DNA of 57,706 nucleotides from Bacteroidia bacterium (GTDB taxonomy: Bacteria > Bacteroidota > Bacteroidia > Bacteroidales > CAJPTX01): the NCBI GenBank assembly GCA_905373665.1, contig CAJPTV010000001.1:1-57706 (forward strand), given 5' to 3'. Made by a program: the position numbers and the translations under genes. How positions within the stretch are numbered: the first letter of the stretch is position 1; each line of letters opens with the position of its first letter. This document shows positions 29,414 to 38,801 of the stretch, in pieces. The notes under the pieces were generated by a model. The model saw only the letters and a program-made list of their open reading frames with translations. It searched no databases and was not told the origin of the DNA.

Positions 29414-29839
29414 CTACCGACGCAAACGGTTGTGAAGTACGGCATAGCTCTTCGAATTCCAAGGAGAGTAACGACGCGAGAACTCCTGAATGGTGATCTC
29501 CACGATCTCCTCATCGTGGTGAAGACTATTGCTCTCGTGCAATGCCAGCATTATCGCCGCCACGACCCCAGCAGAGTCCGACTTCTTCCCCTTCTCTGGC
29601 ACACTCTTGCTCCGCGAGAGGTAACTGTCCATCAGGCGACCAATGTTCTTAAAGACCAAAAACAGCAATAAGAGCGCCCCCAACACCACGACCATCGCGA
29701 TGATCGTCATCCCGACGCCCGTGGAGTCATTCGCAGCAAAACCAGCAGATTGCGGCTTCGATTCCTGCACGGTGACGGTCATCGTCGTTGTGCTCGTTAC
29801 CGTCTGCGCCTCTACGAGTTGTATCGTTTTGCCCCACAT
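29414..29839 (-). CDS. OadG-like small membrane subunit of the decarboxylase
   Basis: A single TM segment, GMTIIAMVVVLGALLLLFLVFKNIG, placed between the carboxyltransferase and biotin-carrier genes. Confidence 0.55.
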   Translation of the reverse strand: MWGKTIQLVEAQTVTSTTTMTVTVQESKPQSAGFAANDSTGVGMTIIAMVVVLGALLLLFLVFKNIGRLMDSYLSRSKSVPEKGKKSDSAGVVAAIMLALHESNSLHHDEEIVEITIQEFSRRYSPWNSKSYAVLHNRLRR

Positions 29840-29841
29840 GA

Positions 29842-31410
29842 CTACAACGGCAAATTGGAGTGTTTCTTGGGCGGCATCACATCCTTCTTCAGCTGCAACA
29901 TCTGCAAGGCACGGATGATCCTAAAACGTGTATTCCGAGGCTCGATGACATCATCGATATACCCCATGCTTGCCGCCACGTAGGGGTTCGCAAACTTCTC
30001 TTTGTACTCCACTTCTTTTTCGGCAATGAACTCTGCTTTCTTTGCTGCGTCATCTCCCAGCTCGGCAAGTTCCTTACCGTAAAGAATTTCAATCGCACCC
30101 TGCGGCCCCATCACAGCGATTTCCGCGGAGGGCCAAGCGTAGTTAATATCTGACTCCAACCCCTTGGAGCTCATCACGATATACGCACCACCATACGCCT
30201 TGCGCAAGATCACCGTTACCTTAGGCACGGTCGCCTCACCGTAAGCAAAGAGCAGCTTTGCACCGTGCATAATGATACCGCCCGTTTCCTGCCCAGAACC
30301 TGGGAGGAAGCCCGGCACGTCTACCAACGTTACTAGCGGGATGTTGAACGCGTCGCAGAAGCGCACAAAACGCGCCGCCTTGCGCGATGCGTTGATATCG
30401 AGCACCCCAGCCATAAAGTTCGGTTGGTTCGCTACGATGCCGACCGACATGCCATTCATGCGGGCAAAGCCGACGATGATATTCTTGGCAAAGTCGCGGT
30501 GTACTTCGAGGAACTTCCGGTCATCCACAATTGCGGTAATGACCTCCATCATGTTATAGGGCTTATTCGCTTCTTCGGGAATAATCTCGTTGAGCGAATC
30601 TTCCAAACGGTCGATGCTGTCCTCACAGAGGATGCGCTGTGGCTCTTCGAGGTTGTTCTGCGGGATGTATTCAAACAGCTCGCGAATGAGTGCGAAAGCC
30701 TCCTCTTCGGTCTCCGATTTGAAGGAAGCAACCCCAGACTTCGTAGCGTGCATCGTGGCGCCCCCCAAAGCCTCGGCGCTAATCACCTCGCCCGTGACGG
30801 TTTTCACCACCTTGGGGCCAGTTACAAACATATTCCCCGTGCCCGAGTTCATCAAAATAAAGTCGGTCAAGGCTGGCGAATAAACCGCTCCCCCTGCCGA
30901 CGGACCCATAATCATACTGATTTGTGGAATGACCCCCGAGGCCTTGATATTGCGTTCGAAGATTTCGGAGTACCCCGCAAGACTATTGACCCCCTCTTGA
31001 ATACGGGCTCCACCGCTATCCAAGATACCGATCACGGGCGCTCCGTTCTTAAGCGCCATATCCATAATCTTGCAGATCTTCTCAGCGCAAGTGAGGGAAA
31101 GCGACCCACCGTAGATCGTGAAGTCTTGCGAAAAGACGTAGACCACACGCCCATGAATCGTACCGTGCCCGGTCACGACGCCATCTCCGAGGAGGTGGTT
31201 CTTATCCATGTCAAAGTCCTGACACCGGTGGGTGACGAACATATCAAACTCTTCGAAACTATTCGGATCCAGCAACAATTTGATACGTTCCCGAGCGGTA
31301 AGCTTGCCCTTTTCGTGTTGGGAGGCGACTTTCTTCTCGCCACCAGCCTTACGAGCCTGCTCACGTTTCTCGATCAAACCTTTAATTTTCTCTGCCTGAA
31401 TGCCACTCAT
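29842..31410 (-). CDS. mmdA: Methylmalonyl-CoA decarboxylase alpha subunit (acyl-CoA carboxyltransferase)
   Basis: ...[18 protein letters not shown]...; GGARIQEG; ...[23 protein letters not shown].... Start taken at [10 protein letters not shown] (31410). Confidence 0.9.
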   Translation of the reverse strand: MSGIQAEKIKGLIEKREQARKAGGEKKVASQHEKGKLTARERIKLLLDPNSFEEFDMFVTHRCQDFDMDKNHLLGDGVVTGHGTIHGRVVYVFSQDFTIYGGSLSLTCAEKICKIMDMALKNGAPVIGILDSGGARIQEGVNSLAGYSEIFERNIKASGVIPQISMIMGPSAGGAVYSPALTDFILMNSGTGNMFVTGPKVVKTVTGEVISAEALGGATMHATKSGVASFKSETEEEAFALIRELFEYIPQNNLEEPQRILCEDSIDRLEDSLNEIIPEEANKPYNMMEVITAIVDDRKFLEVHRDFAKNIIVGFARMNGMSVGIVANQPNFMAGVLDINASRKAARFVRFCDAFNIPLVTLVDVPGFLPGSGQETGGIIMHGAKLLFAYGEATVPKVTVILRKAYGGAYIVMSSKGLESDINYAWPSAEIAVMGPQGAIEILYGKELAELGDDAAKKAEFIAEKEVEYKEKFANPYVAASMGYIDDVIEPRNTRFRIIRALQMLQLKKDVMPPKKHSNLPL

Positions 31411-31484
31411 AGCATTTTCCGTTTTAGTGTTCTCTAACCACAAATAATACACCACAGGCGTACCTCTTGTGGTACTTTGTAAGG

Positions 31485-31492
31485 CAAAGATA
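31485..31492 (-). promoter_or_regulatory. -7 promoter box TATCTTTG upstream of the decarboxylase operon
   Basis: The plus strand reads caaagata, 75 nt upstream of the ATG at 31410. Confidence 0.45.
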
Positions 31493-31681
31493 GAACATTT
31501 CTTAAGAACACCGCCCTAGGAGTCTCGCCGCCGCAGCCAGCGGGTCTCCCTCGTTGTGTGATAAAACAGAATCAGCGAAAGGGCACGAATGGGCGGGCGT
31601 AGTGCACCTTCCCGCAAAATACCACTTACAGCCCTCGATTCTTTGTTCCAGATCTCGGTTGAGAGATGGGTTAATTCTAGA

Positions 31682-31697
31682 TTATGTTTTCCTAAAT
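31682..31697 (+). repeat. 16-nt direct repeat, copy 1 (ttatgttttcctaaat)
   Basis: An identical 16-mer recurs at 31883-31898. Both copies are followed within 10 nt by cttgct. Confidence 0.85.
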
Positions 31698-31744
31698 TCG
31701 TACCTTGCTCACCCCCTGCAGATTCGGCGCAGCGAGCATGCAGA

Positions 31745-31790
31745 GCGTACATTGACGGTACATTGAGCGTACACAGCGCGTACAAAATGA
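31745..31790. repeat. Degenerate 11-bp tandem array with four phased GTACA cores
   Basis: GTACA starts at 31747, 31758, 31769 and 31780, an exact 11-bp spacing. The units are gcGTACAttga, cgGTACAttga, gcGTACAcagc and gcGTACAaaat. Confidence 0.85.
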
Positions 31791-31882
31791 CCCATTTTTC
31801 ACCCCCTTTGCGCCCTTGTTTTATAAGGTTATTGTTATTTTACAAGATGCAATATTTACCAGTTCGTTATTGAAATAAGCGT

Positions 31883-31898
31883 TTATGTTTTCCTAAAT
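31883..31898 (+). repeat. 16-nt direct repeat, copy 2 (ttatgttttcctaaat)
   Basis: Identical to 31682-31697 and 201 bp downstream of it. It is followed by the hairpin gcccca-tgt-tggggc (31914-31928). Confidence 0.85.
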
Positions 31899-31969
31899 CT
31901 TGCTATTGGTGCCGCCCCATGTTGGGGCATGTTTTACCCCCTATTTTACGACTCATTGTGCAGTGTGTT

Positions 31970-32875
31970 TTAACACACCTCCTTTACCGAGAGCGCTTCG
32001 GGTGCAAACCAGCGTATCGACGGATTGCGTTGCCACCACTGGCGTTGCCGACGTGCATACTGACGCGTATGGGTCTTGATTTGCTCGAAAGCCTCCTCGC
32101 GGGAGAGTTGACCGTCGAAATAGGCGAATAACTCCTGATACCCCACCGTTTTAAGGGGGGGCAGGTTGCGATAGACAAGGAGACCACGTGCCTCCTCCTC
32201 TAAGCCCTCGGCGCGCATCGCGTCGACACGGTCGTTGATCCGCTGATGCAGTTCTGGCAAAGGGCGCGTAATGCCCACCTCAACCAAGCGAAACGGACGC
32301 GGGACGGCGGGACGCGTTAACCACTGACTGTAGGGCGTCCCTGTCTGCAGGGTCACCTCCAAGGCACGGAGCACCCGCGCCCCATTCTGCGCATCAATAC
32401 GTGCTGCCGTTACAGGGTCTACCTTCCGCAATTGTTCAAAAAGCGCGCTTACCCCTTCGTGCTCGAGCTGCTGCGAAAGACGCTCTCGCAGCGCCGCATC
32501 TGGCACAGGGAAGGCATCCAAGCCGCGAGTCAGGGCATCCATATAGAGCATCGAACCGCCCGTGACGATAGCAAAGCGTTCTCCTGCCGCCCGTAAGGAT
32601 TCGATAAGCGCAAGTGCCTCGACCTCAAACTGCCCTGCGGAGAAGCGCTCTGTAACCGAATGGGTAGCGACGAAATAGTGGGGTGCTTGTGCTCGCTCCG
32701 CAGGCGTGGGCTGTGCCGTCCCGATGCGCATCTCGCGGTAACACTGTCGGGAGTCAGAAGAGATAATCGCACACCCCAGCGTCGTGGCCAAATGGAGCGC
32801 CGTGGCCGTCTTTCCGACCCCCGTAACCCCGTAAAGCGCAATTAGGGTAAAGGGGGAGGGAGCGACCGCGCTCAT
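31970..32875 (-). CDS. miaA: tRNA dimethylallyltransferase
   Basis: P-loop GVTGVGKT, plus IISSDSRQCYREMRIGTAQPT and the ...GGSMLY... motifs. Confidence 0.9.
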   Translation of the reverse strand: MSAVAPSPFTLIALYGVTGVGKTATALHLATTLGCAIISSDSRQCYREMRIGTAQPTPAERAQAPHYFVATHSVTERFSAGQFEVEALALIESLRAAGERFAIVTGGSMLYMDALTRGLDAFPVPDAALRERLSQQLEHEGVSALFEQLRKVDPVTAARIDAQNGARVLRALEVTLQTGTPYSQWLTRPAVPRPFRLVEVGITRPLPELHQRINDRVDAMRAEGLEEEARGLLVYRNLPPLKTVGYQELFAYFDGQLSREEAFEQIKTHTRQYARRQRQWWQRNPSIRWFAPEALSVKEVC

Positions 32876-33330
32876 AGACTCAACTCTCGGATATCGTCTA
32901 ACACTGTGCCCTCCATCGATGGGCTCGGTGTGGGGTTCTCGCCCTGAGACTTGATGCAGACGCCTGGGAGAAGGTCCACACTCCCCTCTTCTTCTCGAAG
33001 ATATTGCAAGTAGAGGGTACGGTTCAGGAACAAATCATAGCAGAAAATAAGACGTTGACCGGGGTGTTGACAGACGTCCCCAAGCGTAACGGAGTTCATC
33101 TCCACGAGGGGGATCTCCGCGTCGGAGTCCTCCATGTTCATGAGGGTTATTTCCATGGTCTTCTCCCATGCTTCGTCGACCACGTAGAAGGACATGAGGA
33201 GGTCGGAGGGGAGGTCTAATTGGTCGCAGAGGAAACGATAGAAATCATAGAACGTAACCGTGGAGGCTAAGAGGAATTCGCGCACGAAATCCTCTGCGAG
33301 AGGATCGACCATCCGGAAGTGCAGTTTCAT
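32872..33330 (-). CDS. Conserved hypothetical protein, possibly of the pRiA4b ORF-3/MM3350-like family
   Basis: MKLHFRMV..DFVREF......TFYDFYRFLCDQLDL......SFYVVDEAWEK..EITL..M.........RLIFCYDLFLNRTLYLQ resembles that family from memory only. It overlaps the miaA start by 4 nt. Confidence 0.4.
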   Translation of the reverse strand: MKLHFRMVDPLAEDFVREFLLASTVTFYDFYRFLCDQLDLPSDLLMSFYVVDEAWEKTMEITLMNMEDSDAEIPLVEMNSVTLGDVCQHPGQRLIFCYDLFLNRTLYLQYLREEEGSVDLLPGVCIKSQGENPTPSPSMEGTVLDDIRELSL

Positions 33331-33516
33331 TGTTCGTTCTCCTAAGCGTTTTGGTTTATAACTAAACAAAGGTAAACAAATTTGGGAATCGGAGCTTCCC
33401 GCCTCACGCTCCGCAACCTAGGGAATGTGCGCACCGTCTCTTGTAGCGGGAAACTACCCAATAAATTAGGAAAGTGCTACCTTTACGGTGCTAAAACAAC
33501 CGATAGAGGTGAGCTT

Positions 33517-35121
33517 ATGGAGCTATCCCCATCCCCCGAATTACTCACTTTTGACTATTTGGTCGCGGGCAGTGGACTCGCGGGGTTGAGTGTCGCGCTT
33601 CGCGCAGCAAGATATGGGCGCGTGGCTATCGTAACCAAGTCGTGGGTACGTGAGAGCAATTCCTATTATGCACAAGGGGGCATAGCCGCCGTGACAGACC
33701 AAGGGGATAGCCCCGAGGAGCACCGCGCCGACACGCTACAGGCAGGACGCGGGCTGTGTGACTGGAGTGCGGTAGATGTGCTCGTACACGAAGCGCCGGA
33801 GCGCATCCAGGAGCTCATCGCAAGCGGGATGCACTTTGACCAAACCGACGGTCTGTTGGCCTTAGGCTTAGAGGGTGGGCATCACCGCCGCCGCATATTA
33901 CACGCCGGGGGGGACGCGACGGGGGCGCTGGTTACGAGCTTCCTCGCTAAGAAGGTCGCTGAGCACCCGAACATCGAAATCTTTGAAAACCATATCGTCT
34001 TGGAGCTCCTAATGCGTAGCCATGCGTGTTGGGGCTTTGCGTCGTGGAATATGCCACAGGGGCGCGAGCAGCTCTTTGTGGCGCGCCATACCTTCCTCAC
34101 GATCGGCGGGACGAGTGCGATTTACGCCCGCAGTACGAACCCCAATACGACGCTCGGTGACGGGGTAGCCATCGCTTGGCGTGCGGGGTGTCCGATCCAA
34201 GACTTCGAGTTTATCCAATTTCACCCCACGGCGCTTTATTCGCAAGAAAGCAATGCTTTTCTGATTAGCGAGGCGGTACGCGGCGAGGGGGCGCACCTCT
34301 ACAATGCGCGCGGTGAGCGCTTTATGGCGGGCAAATACCCGTTGGCGGAACTAGAACCCCGCGACGTTGTCGCGCGTGCCATAGCCCATGAAATCGACGG
34401 GGGCGATGCCCCTTACGTATGGCTCGACCTTCGCCACCTCGACCCACAGCACATATTGAACCGTTTCCCTACCATCGCGCGCCATTGCAGCGAGGTGGGG
34501 TATGACCTTACGCAGCGCATCCCCGTAGCGCCCGCGGCGCACTACATGGTGGGGGGCGTACACACGAATCTCTATGGGCAGACGAACGTGCCGAACCTGT
34601 ATGTGTGTGGCGAGCTCGCCTCGACGGGGATTATGGGCGCGAATCGCCTCGCCTCCAACTCGTTGATAGAGTGCTTGGTCTTTGGGCATCGTGCTGTCGA
34701 ACAGACGCGCGTCGTATCGAAACTGCCCCTCCCGACGGAGTTTACCCCTCACTTTACCTTCTCTCTAGAGGCAAGGGCTTTTTACCACAAAGTGCGGCAT
34801 GAGGTCGCAGAGCTACTTGCACGGGGTGTGGGCATAGTACGCACGGCGGAGAGTCTCGCTACGGCAAGCAAAGCGCTCAAAACGTTGGAAAAGGAGGTGG
34901 CGGCAGCGGGTATCCCCAGCGGGGAGGTCTATCATCACCTCAGCGAGAACCTCCTTATCGTAGCGCGCCTGTTAGTAGAAGGGGCAACGTACCGCACCGA
35001 AAGCCGCGGCGGACACTACCGTGCGGACTATCCCGAGGCAAGTCCTGAGTTCGTCTATCACACGGTGCAGCAGCAAGGGCAGCCGATCAGTAAGAAGCCT
35101 GTCGAGGCGAAGCCCCTGTGA
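33517..35121 (+). CDS. nadB: L-aspartate oxidase
   Basis: FAD motif DYLVAGSGLAGLS, ...YAQGGIAA..., HPTAL and RGEGA signatures. Start taken at the ATG at 33517 (MELSPSPELLTFDYLV). Confidence 0.9.
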   Translation: MELSPSPELLTFDYLVAGSGLAGLSVALRAARYGRVAIVTKSWVRESNSYYAQGGIAAVTDQGDSPEEHRADTLQAGRGLCDWSAVDVLVHEAPERIQELIASGMHFDQTDGLLALGLEGGHHRRRILHAGGDATGALVTSFLAKKVAEHPNIEIFENHIVLELLMRSHACWGFASWNMPQGREQLFVARHTFLTIGGTSAIYARSTNPNTTLGDGVAIAWRAGCPIQDFEFIQFHPTALYSQESNAFLISEAVRGEGAHLYNARGERFMAGKYPLAELEPRDVVARAIAHEIDGGDAPYVWLDLRHLDPQHILNRFPTIARHCSEVGYDLTQRIPVAPAAHYMVGGVHTNLYGQTNVPNLYVCGELASTGIMGANRLASNSLIECLVFGHRAVEQTRVVSKLPLPTEFTPHFTFSLEARAFYHKVRHEVAELLARGVGIVRTAESLATASKALKTLEKEVAAAGIPSGEVYHHLSENLLIVARLLVEGATYRTESRGGHYRADYPEASPEFVYHTVQQQGQPISKKPVEAKPL

Positions 35122-35198
35122 TACAGCGCATGATTACGCGCCTTTGTTCTAAGCATTTATCGCAATAATCGTCCGTCGTGCCAGACGGACTTTCCCAG

Positions 35199-37664
35199 AT
35201 GTTACCATACTCTTTTCAAGAACTTCAGTGGGCTATCCCCTCTAGCGAGATTCGCGGACGGCGAGACGTTGCCCCGATACGTGAGATAGCCATCGATAGC
35301 CGCCTAGTCACCGAGGGCGAACACCTCCTTTTCTTTGCCCTACAGGGCGAACACCACGATGCGCACCACTACATAGAGCAGCTTTATAACGAGCACCACG
35401 TGCGGTGCTTTGTCGTCTCCGAGGCTTGGTCGGGCTATCGTCTCCTTCCCGAGGCAACCTTCTTTTGCGTAGCAGACACTCGGCGTGCGCTGCAACAGTT
35501 CGCTAGTTACCACCGCCAGCGCTTTCAAATCCCCGTGGTGGGGATTACGGGGAGCAACGGCAAGACGGTCGTTAAGGAATGGCTGAGCGAGGTCTTGTCG
35601 ACCCGCTGGCGCGTCAATCATAGCCCTAAGAGTTATAACTCGCAGGTGGGCGTACCGCTTTCGGTGCTAGGACTTGCCCCCAAGGATGAGCTCGGGGTTT
35701 ACGAGGCGGGGATCTCCCTCCCGGGCGAAATGGAACGTCTCCGCGAGATAATCCGTCCCACGCTTGGTATTTTCACCAACCTTGGGCTTGCCCACCAAGC
35801 TCATTTCCCAGACCTCGAGACCAAGGGGCGCGAAAAGCTATGCCTGTTTAACGATGCGAAAAAGCTCGTGGTGTGTAAGGATCAGGCGCTGCTCTACCGC
35901 CTTGCTAGTGCCTTCGCTCAGGAACATGGGGTAACGCTCGTCTCGTGGTCACGCACGGGAGAAGAGGCGGACTGGCAGGTAAGGCTCTCTGAGGGAAAGA
36001 ACGTCACGTTGCAGGATCGAGAGGGGCATACCTACCGCGGCGTGCTGCCTGCTTCTGATGCGGCAAGTGTGGAGAATGCGCTGCATACGCTCGTAGCCAG
36101 TGCCACGCTTGGGATGCCGATGGATGAGGCGCTTCGTGCCCTTGAGAACGTACGTACTGTGGCCATGCGGCTGGAACGACGTGAGGGGGTTAACGGACTT
36201 GCCCTTATCAACGATAGTTACAGCTGCGACCTCGAATCGCTAGAGGCAGCCCTCGGCTTTCTTTGCCAACAGGCGGGAGGGGCGAACCGTGGGCTTATCC
36301 TCTCAGATATTGACCAGTCGGGGCTCTCCCCATCCGAGCTTTACGGACGCGTACGTGCGCTTTTAGAAAAGTACGGCGTAGAGCTCCTTGTGGGGATCGG
36401 GGAGGAGATCCGTGCGCTGACGTCCTTCTACCCCAAGGCGTTTTTTTACCCCACACCAGAGGAGTTTCTTGCAGCGCACCTGCGCGAACCCTTAGAGGGG
36501 TATGCGGTGCTCGTCAAAGGGGCGCGCCGTTTCGGGTTTGAGCGTGTTTCGCAGCAGTTAGAACGGCGCATTCACCGAACGGTCATGGAGGTTAACCTTG
36601 GGGCGCTGGAAACGAACCTGAACTGGTTTCGCGGACGGTTGCGCCACGGCGTGAAGATGCTGGTTCTTGTAAAGGCGTTTGCTTACGGCAATGGGCTGGG
36701 CGAGCTGGCGCAGTTCCTTCAATATCACAAGGTGGATTACCTCGGGGTAGCATTTACTGACGAGGGCTTTGCGCTGCGCAGTGCAGGGATTACGCTCCCG
36801 ATCCTCGTCCTTAATCCTGCCCCTGATGCCCTGCCTGCGATGTTGGCTTATAACCTCGAGCCCAATATATTTTCCCTGTCCCTGCTCCGTGCCTTTGAGG
36901 AAGCGGCGGCAGAGGCAGGCAAGCATGATTACCCGATTCACCTCAAGATGGATACGGGCATGCACCGCGTGGGCTTCATGGAGGAGGATTTACCCGAGCT
37001 CATTACCGCGCTACGCGGCTGTACACACCTGCGCGTTGTCTCCATCTTTAGTCACCTTGCAGGGGCAGACGAACAGGCCTTAGATAGCTTTACACACGGG
37101 CAACTGGAACGTTTCGAGCGGATGTCATCGCAAGTCATGGCGAGCCTCTCTTACCGTCCGATGCGGCACATCCTTAACTCGGCTGGGCAGGAACGTTTCC
37201 CACAGTGGCAGTATGATATGGTACGCCTCGGCATCGGCTTACATGGGCTCTCCTGCTGCGGTAACAGCGAATTACGCCCTGTCGCTTCGTTAAAGACCTT
37301 TGTCGCGCAGATAAAGGAGCTTGAGGTAGGACACACCGTAGGGTATGGATGTCGCGGGAAAATACCCGTTAAAAAGCGTATTGCGACCATCCCTGTCGGT
37401 TATGCCGATGGTTACAGTCGACGTCTAGGGAATGGCGTAGGGAAAGTATCTATCAACGGGCAACTTGCCCCCACCATTGGCAACATCTGTATGGATACGT
37501 GCATGTTGGATATTACGGGGCTCAGTGTGCAGGAGGGCGATGCTGTCACACTCTTTGGTGATAGCCCAACGATTGAGGAGCTGGCAGCGTGGTTAGGGAC
37601 AATCCCTTACGAGGTGCTCAGTGACATCTCGCCCCGCATCCCGCGTACGTACTATACGGAGTAG
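35199..37664 (+). CDS. Bifunctional UDP-MurNAc-tripeptide--D-Ala-D-Ala ligase (MurF) / alanine racemase (Alr) fusion
   Basis: The N-terminal half has the Mur ligase P-loop GITGSNGKT and DSYSCD-type motifs. The C-terminal half has the alanine racemase PLP site (VLVKAFAYGNG) and the ...PVGYADGY.R... motif. Confidence 0.88.
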   Translation: MLPYSFQELQWAIPSSEIRGRRDVAPIREIAIDSRLVTEGEHLLFFALQGEHHDAHHYIEQLYNEHHVRCFVVSEAWSGYRLLPEATFFCVADTRRALQQFASYHRQRFQIPVVGITGSNGKTVVKEWLSEVLSTRWRVNHSPKSYNSQVGVPLSVLGLAPKDELGVYEAGISLPGEMERLREIIRPTLGIFTNLGLAHQAHFPDLETKGREKLCLFNDAKKLVVCKDQALLYRLASAFAQEHGVTLVSWSRTGEEADWQVRLSEGKNVTLQDREGHTYRGVLPASDAASVENALHTLVASATLGMPMDEALRALENVRTVAMRLERREGVNGLALINDSYSCDLESLEAALGFLCQQAGGANRGLILSDIDQSGLSPSELYGRVRALLEKYGVELLVGIGEEIRALTSFYPKAFFYPTPEEFLAAHLREPLEGYAVLVKGARRFGFERVSQQLERRIHRTVMEVNLGALETNLNWFRGRLRHGVKMLVLVKAFAYGNGLGELAQFLQYHKVDYLGVAFTDEGFALRSAGITLPILVLNPAPDALPAMLAYNLEPNIFSLSLLRAFEEAAAEAGKHDYPIHLKMDTGMHRVGFMEEDLPELITALRGCTHLRVVSIFSHLAGADEQALDSFTHGQLERFERMSSQVMASLSYRPMRHILNSAGQERFPQWQYDMVRLGIGLHGLSCCGNSELRPVASLKTFVAQIKELEVGHTVGYGCRGKIPVKKRIATIPVGYADGYSRRLGNGVGKVSINGQLAPTIGNICMDTCMLDITGLSVQEGDAVTLFGDSPTIEELAAWLGTIPYEVLSDISPRIPRTYYTE

Positions 37665-37670
37665 GGGAGG

Positions 37671-38801
37671 CTATTTCCGCTTCTTAATCAACTTAGCGTG
37701 ACGGATAGCAAGGTCGGTGAAGACGATCGTCATGTTACAGTTGTCGTTCACCTGCTTATAAGCATCGGAATACTGCTGGAGGAGCTTACCCACATTCGCG
37801 CCATCGATGAAAGGGCTTACCTTTCGTGAGAAATCCAACTCCTCGCCAAGGATAAGCGCCAAGTCTTCGCGCCCGAGGTGAAGAATAAACATCTCCCGCA
37901 GCAGCTGTGCAAAGTAGTAGAGCATTTGGCGCTGCTCCTCGCGTCCGAACTTAGCCATCTCGTCTGCCCAGCCGAGCATCGACTCATAGTCGCGTAAATA
38001 GGCAAGCCGCAAAAGCCGCTGGAATAGGCTAAGATAGGGCGTGTCGTGTGAACGGATGAGCGCGCGCGCCGTGATGTAACTCCCTTGGGCTATCCGCACC
38101 TTTTTTTCCACCTGCTCACCGATTATCCCCTCGCGGGCAAAAGCATCTGTAAGCTCTTCAACCGAAAGCGGCGGCAAAAAGACCTCTTGCACACGCGAAC
38201 GAATGGTCGGCAAGAGTAGCTCCGGATGCAACGACACAAGAAAGAAGAGCGTGTACGGACGCGGCTCTTCTAGGATCTTAAGCAGCTTGTTAGAGGCCTC
38301 CTCCTCCATCAGTTCGGGGAGGTAGATAAAGACCACTCGGAAGCCATTACCTAGACGGGCGGTTTTCAATGTATCGATAATATCCGTTGCTGCCTCTATG
38401 GGTAGGCGTATCTTCTTTGACCCGTCCTTCGACCACTGCAACGCCCACGTGGCTTGCGTCAAGTAGGGGGTCTCTTTCAAAAGGGGCTTTAAGCGTTCGA
38501 TGGGCAGGAGCTCATCTTTCGCAAACTCACTCAGCGCGCCTGCATAAGGGGCATAGAAGTGAAAGTCGAAGTTTCGGAATTCTTGATACGTTTTGCACGA
38601 ACGACACACCCCACACGAATCGCCCTCGGGCGTAGGCTTTGAACAGTTAACATACTGCGCAAAGGCAAGGGCTAACGGAAAAACGCCGCTCCCCTCGTTG
38701 CCCGTAAAGAGTAGTGCGTGTGGTATGCGCCCCTGTGCCACATATTGGCGCAGCAATCGCTTGACGCGCTCCTGCCCGTAAATTTCGCTAAACAACATCA
38801 C
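37671..38801 (-). CDS. holB: DNA polymerase III delta' subunit
   Basis: ...RIPHALLFTGNEGSG...; a Cys cluster CSKPTPEGDSCGVCRSC; SRVQ sensor motif (TIRSRVQ). Confidence 0.8.
   Translation of the reverse strand: MMLFSEIYGQERVKRLLRQYVAQGRIPHALLFTGNEGSGVFPLALAFAQYVNCSKPTPEGDSCGVCRSCKTYQEFRNFDFHFYAPYAGALSEFAKDELLPIERLKPLLKETPYLTQATWALQWSKDGSKKIRLPIEAATDIIDTLKTARLGNGFRVVFIYLPELMEEEASNKLLKILEEPRPYTLFFLVSLHPELLLPTIRSRVQEVFLPPLSVEELTDAFAREGIIGEQVEKKVRIAQGSYITARALIRSHDTPYLSLFQRLLRLAYLRDYESMLGWADEMAKFGREEQRQMLYYFAQLLREMFILHLGREDLALILGEELDFSRKVSPFIDGANVGKLLQQYSDAYKQVNDNCNMTIVFTDLAIRHAKLIKKRK

Noticed and set aside
31500-31640. Cobalamin-riboswitch-like fragments on the minus strand (gcgggaaggtgcac...gcccgcc...gagggagacccgctgg, resembling the GGGAA..GGTG..CCCGC core and the B12 box GGAGACCKGCC).
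   Set aside because: The matches are partial and the spacing does not fit the consensus. The segment lies upstream of the predicted -7 box of the downstream operon rather than in its 5' UTR, and a B12 switch on a biotin-dependent decarboxylase operon has no rationale. An Rfam RF00174 scan would confirm or overturn this.
31516-31873. Small ORFs in the miaA-mmdA gap (31516-31785 on the minus strand; 31554-31766 and 31589-31873 on the plus strand).
   Set aside because: They overlap each other in different frames and strands, show no motif, and span the GTACA array and the 16-mer repeat. I treated the region as non-coding pending transcript data.
33331-33516. A possible RNA gene in the 186-nt spacer upstream of nadB, which contains the hairpin gggaa-tcggagc-ttccc.
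   Set aside because: There is only a short isolated hairpin and no similarity to tRNA, to riboswitch cores I know, or to the repeat family. It is probably an ordinary divergent promoter region.
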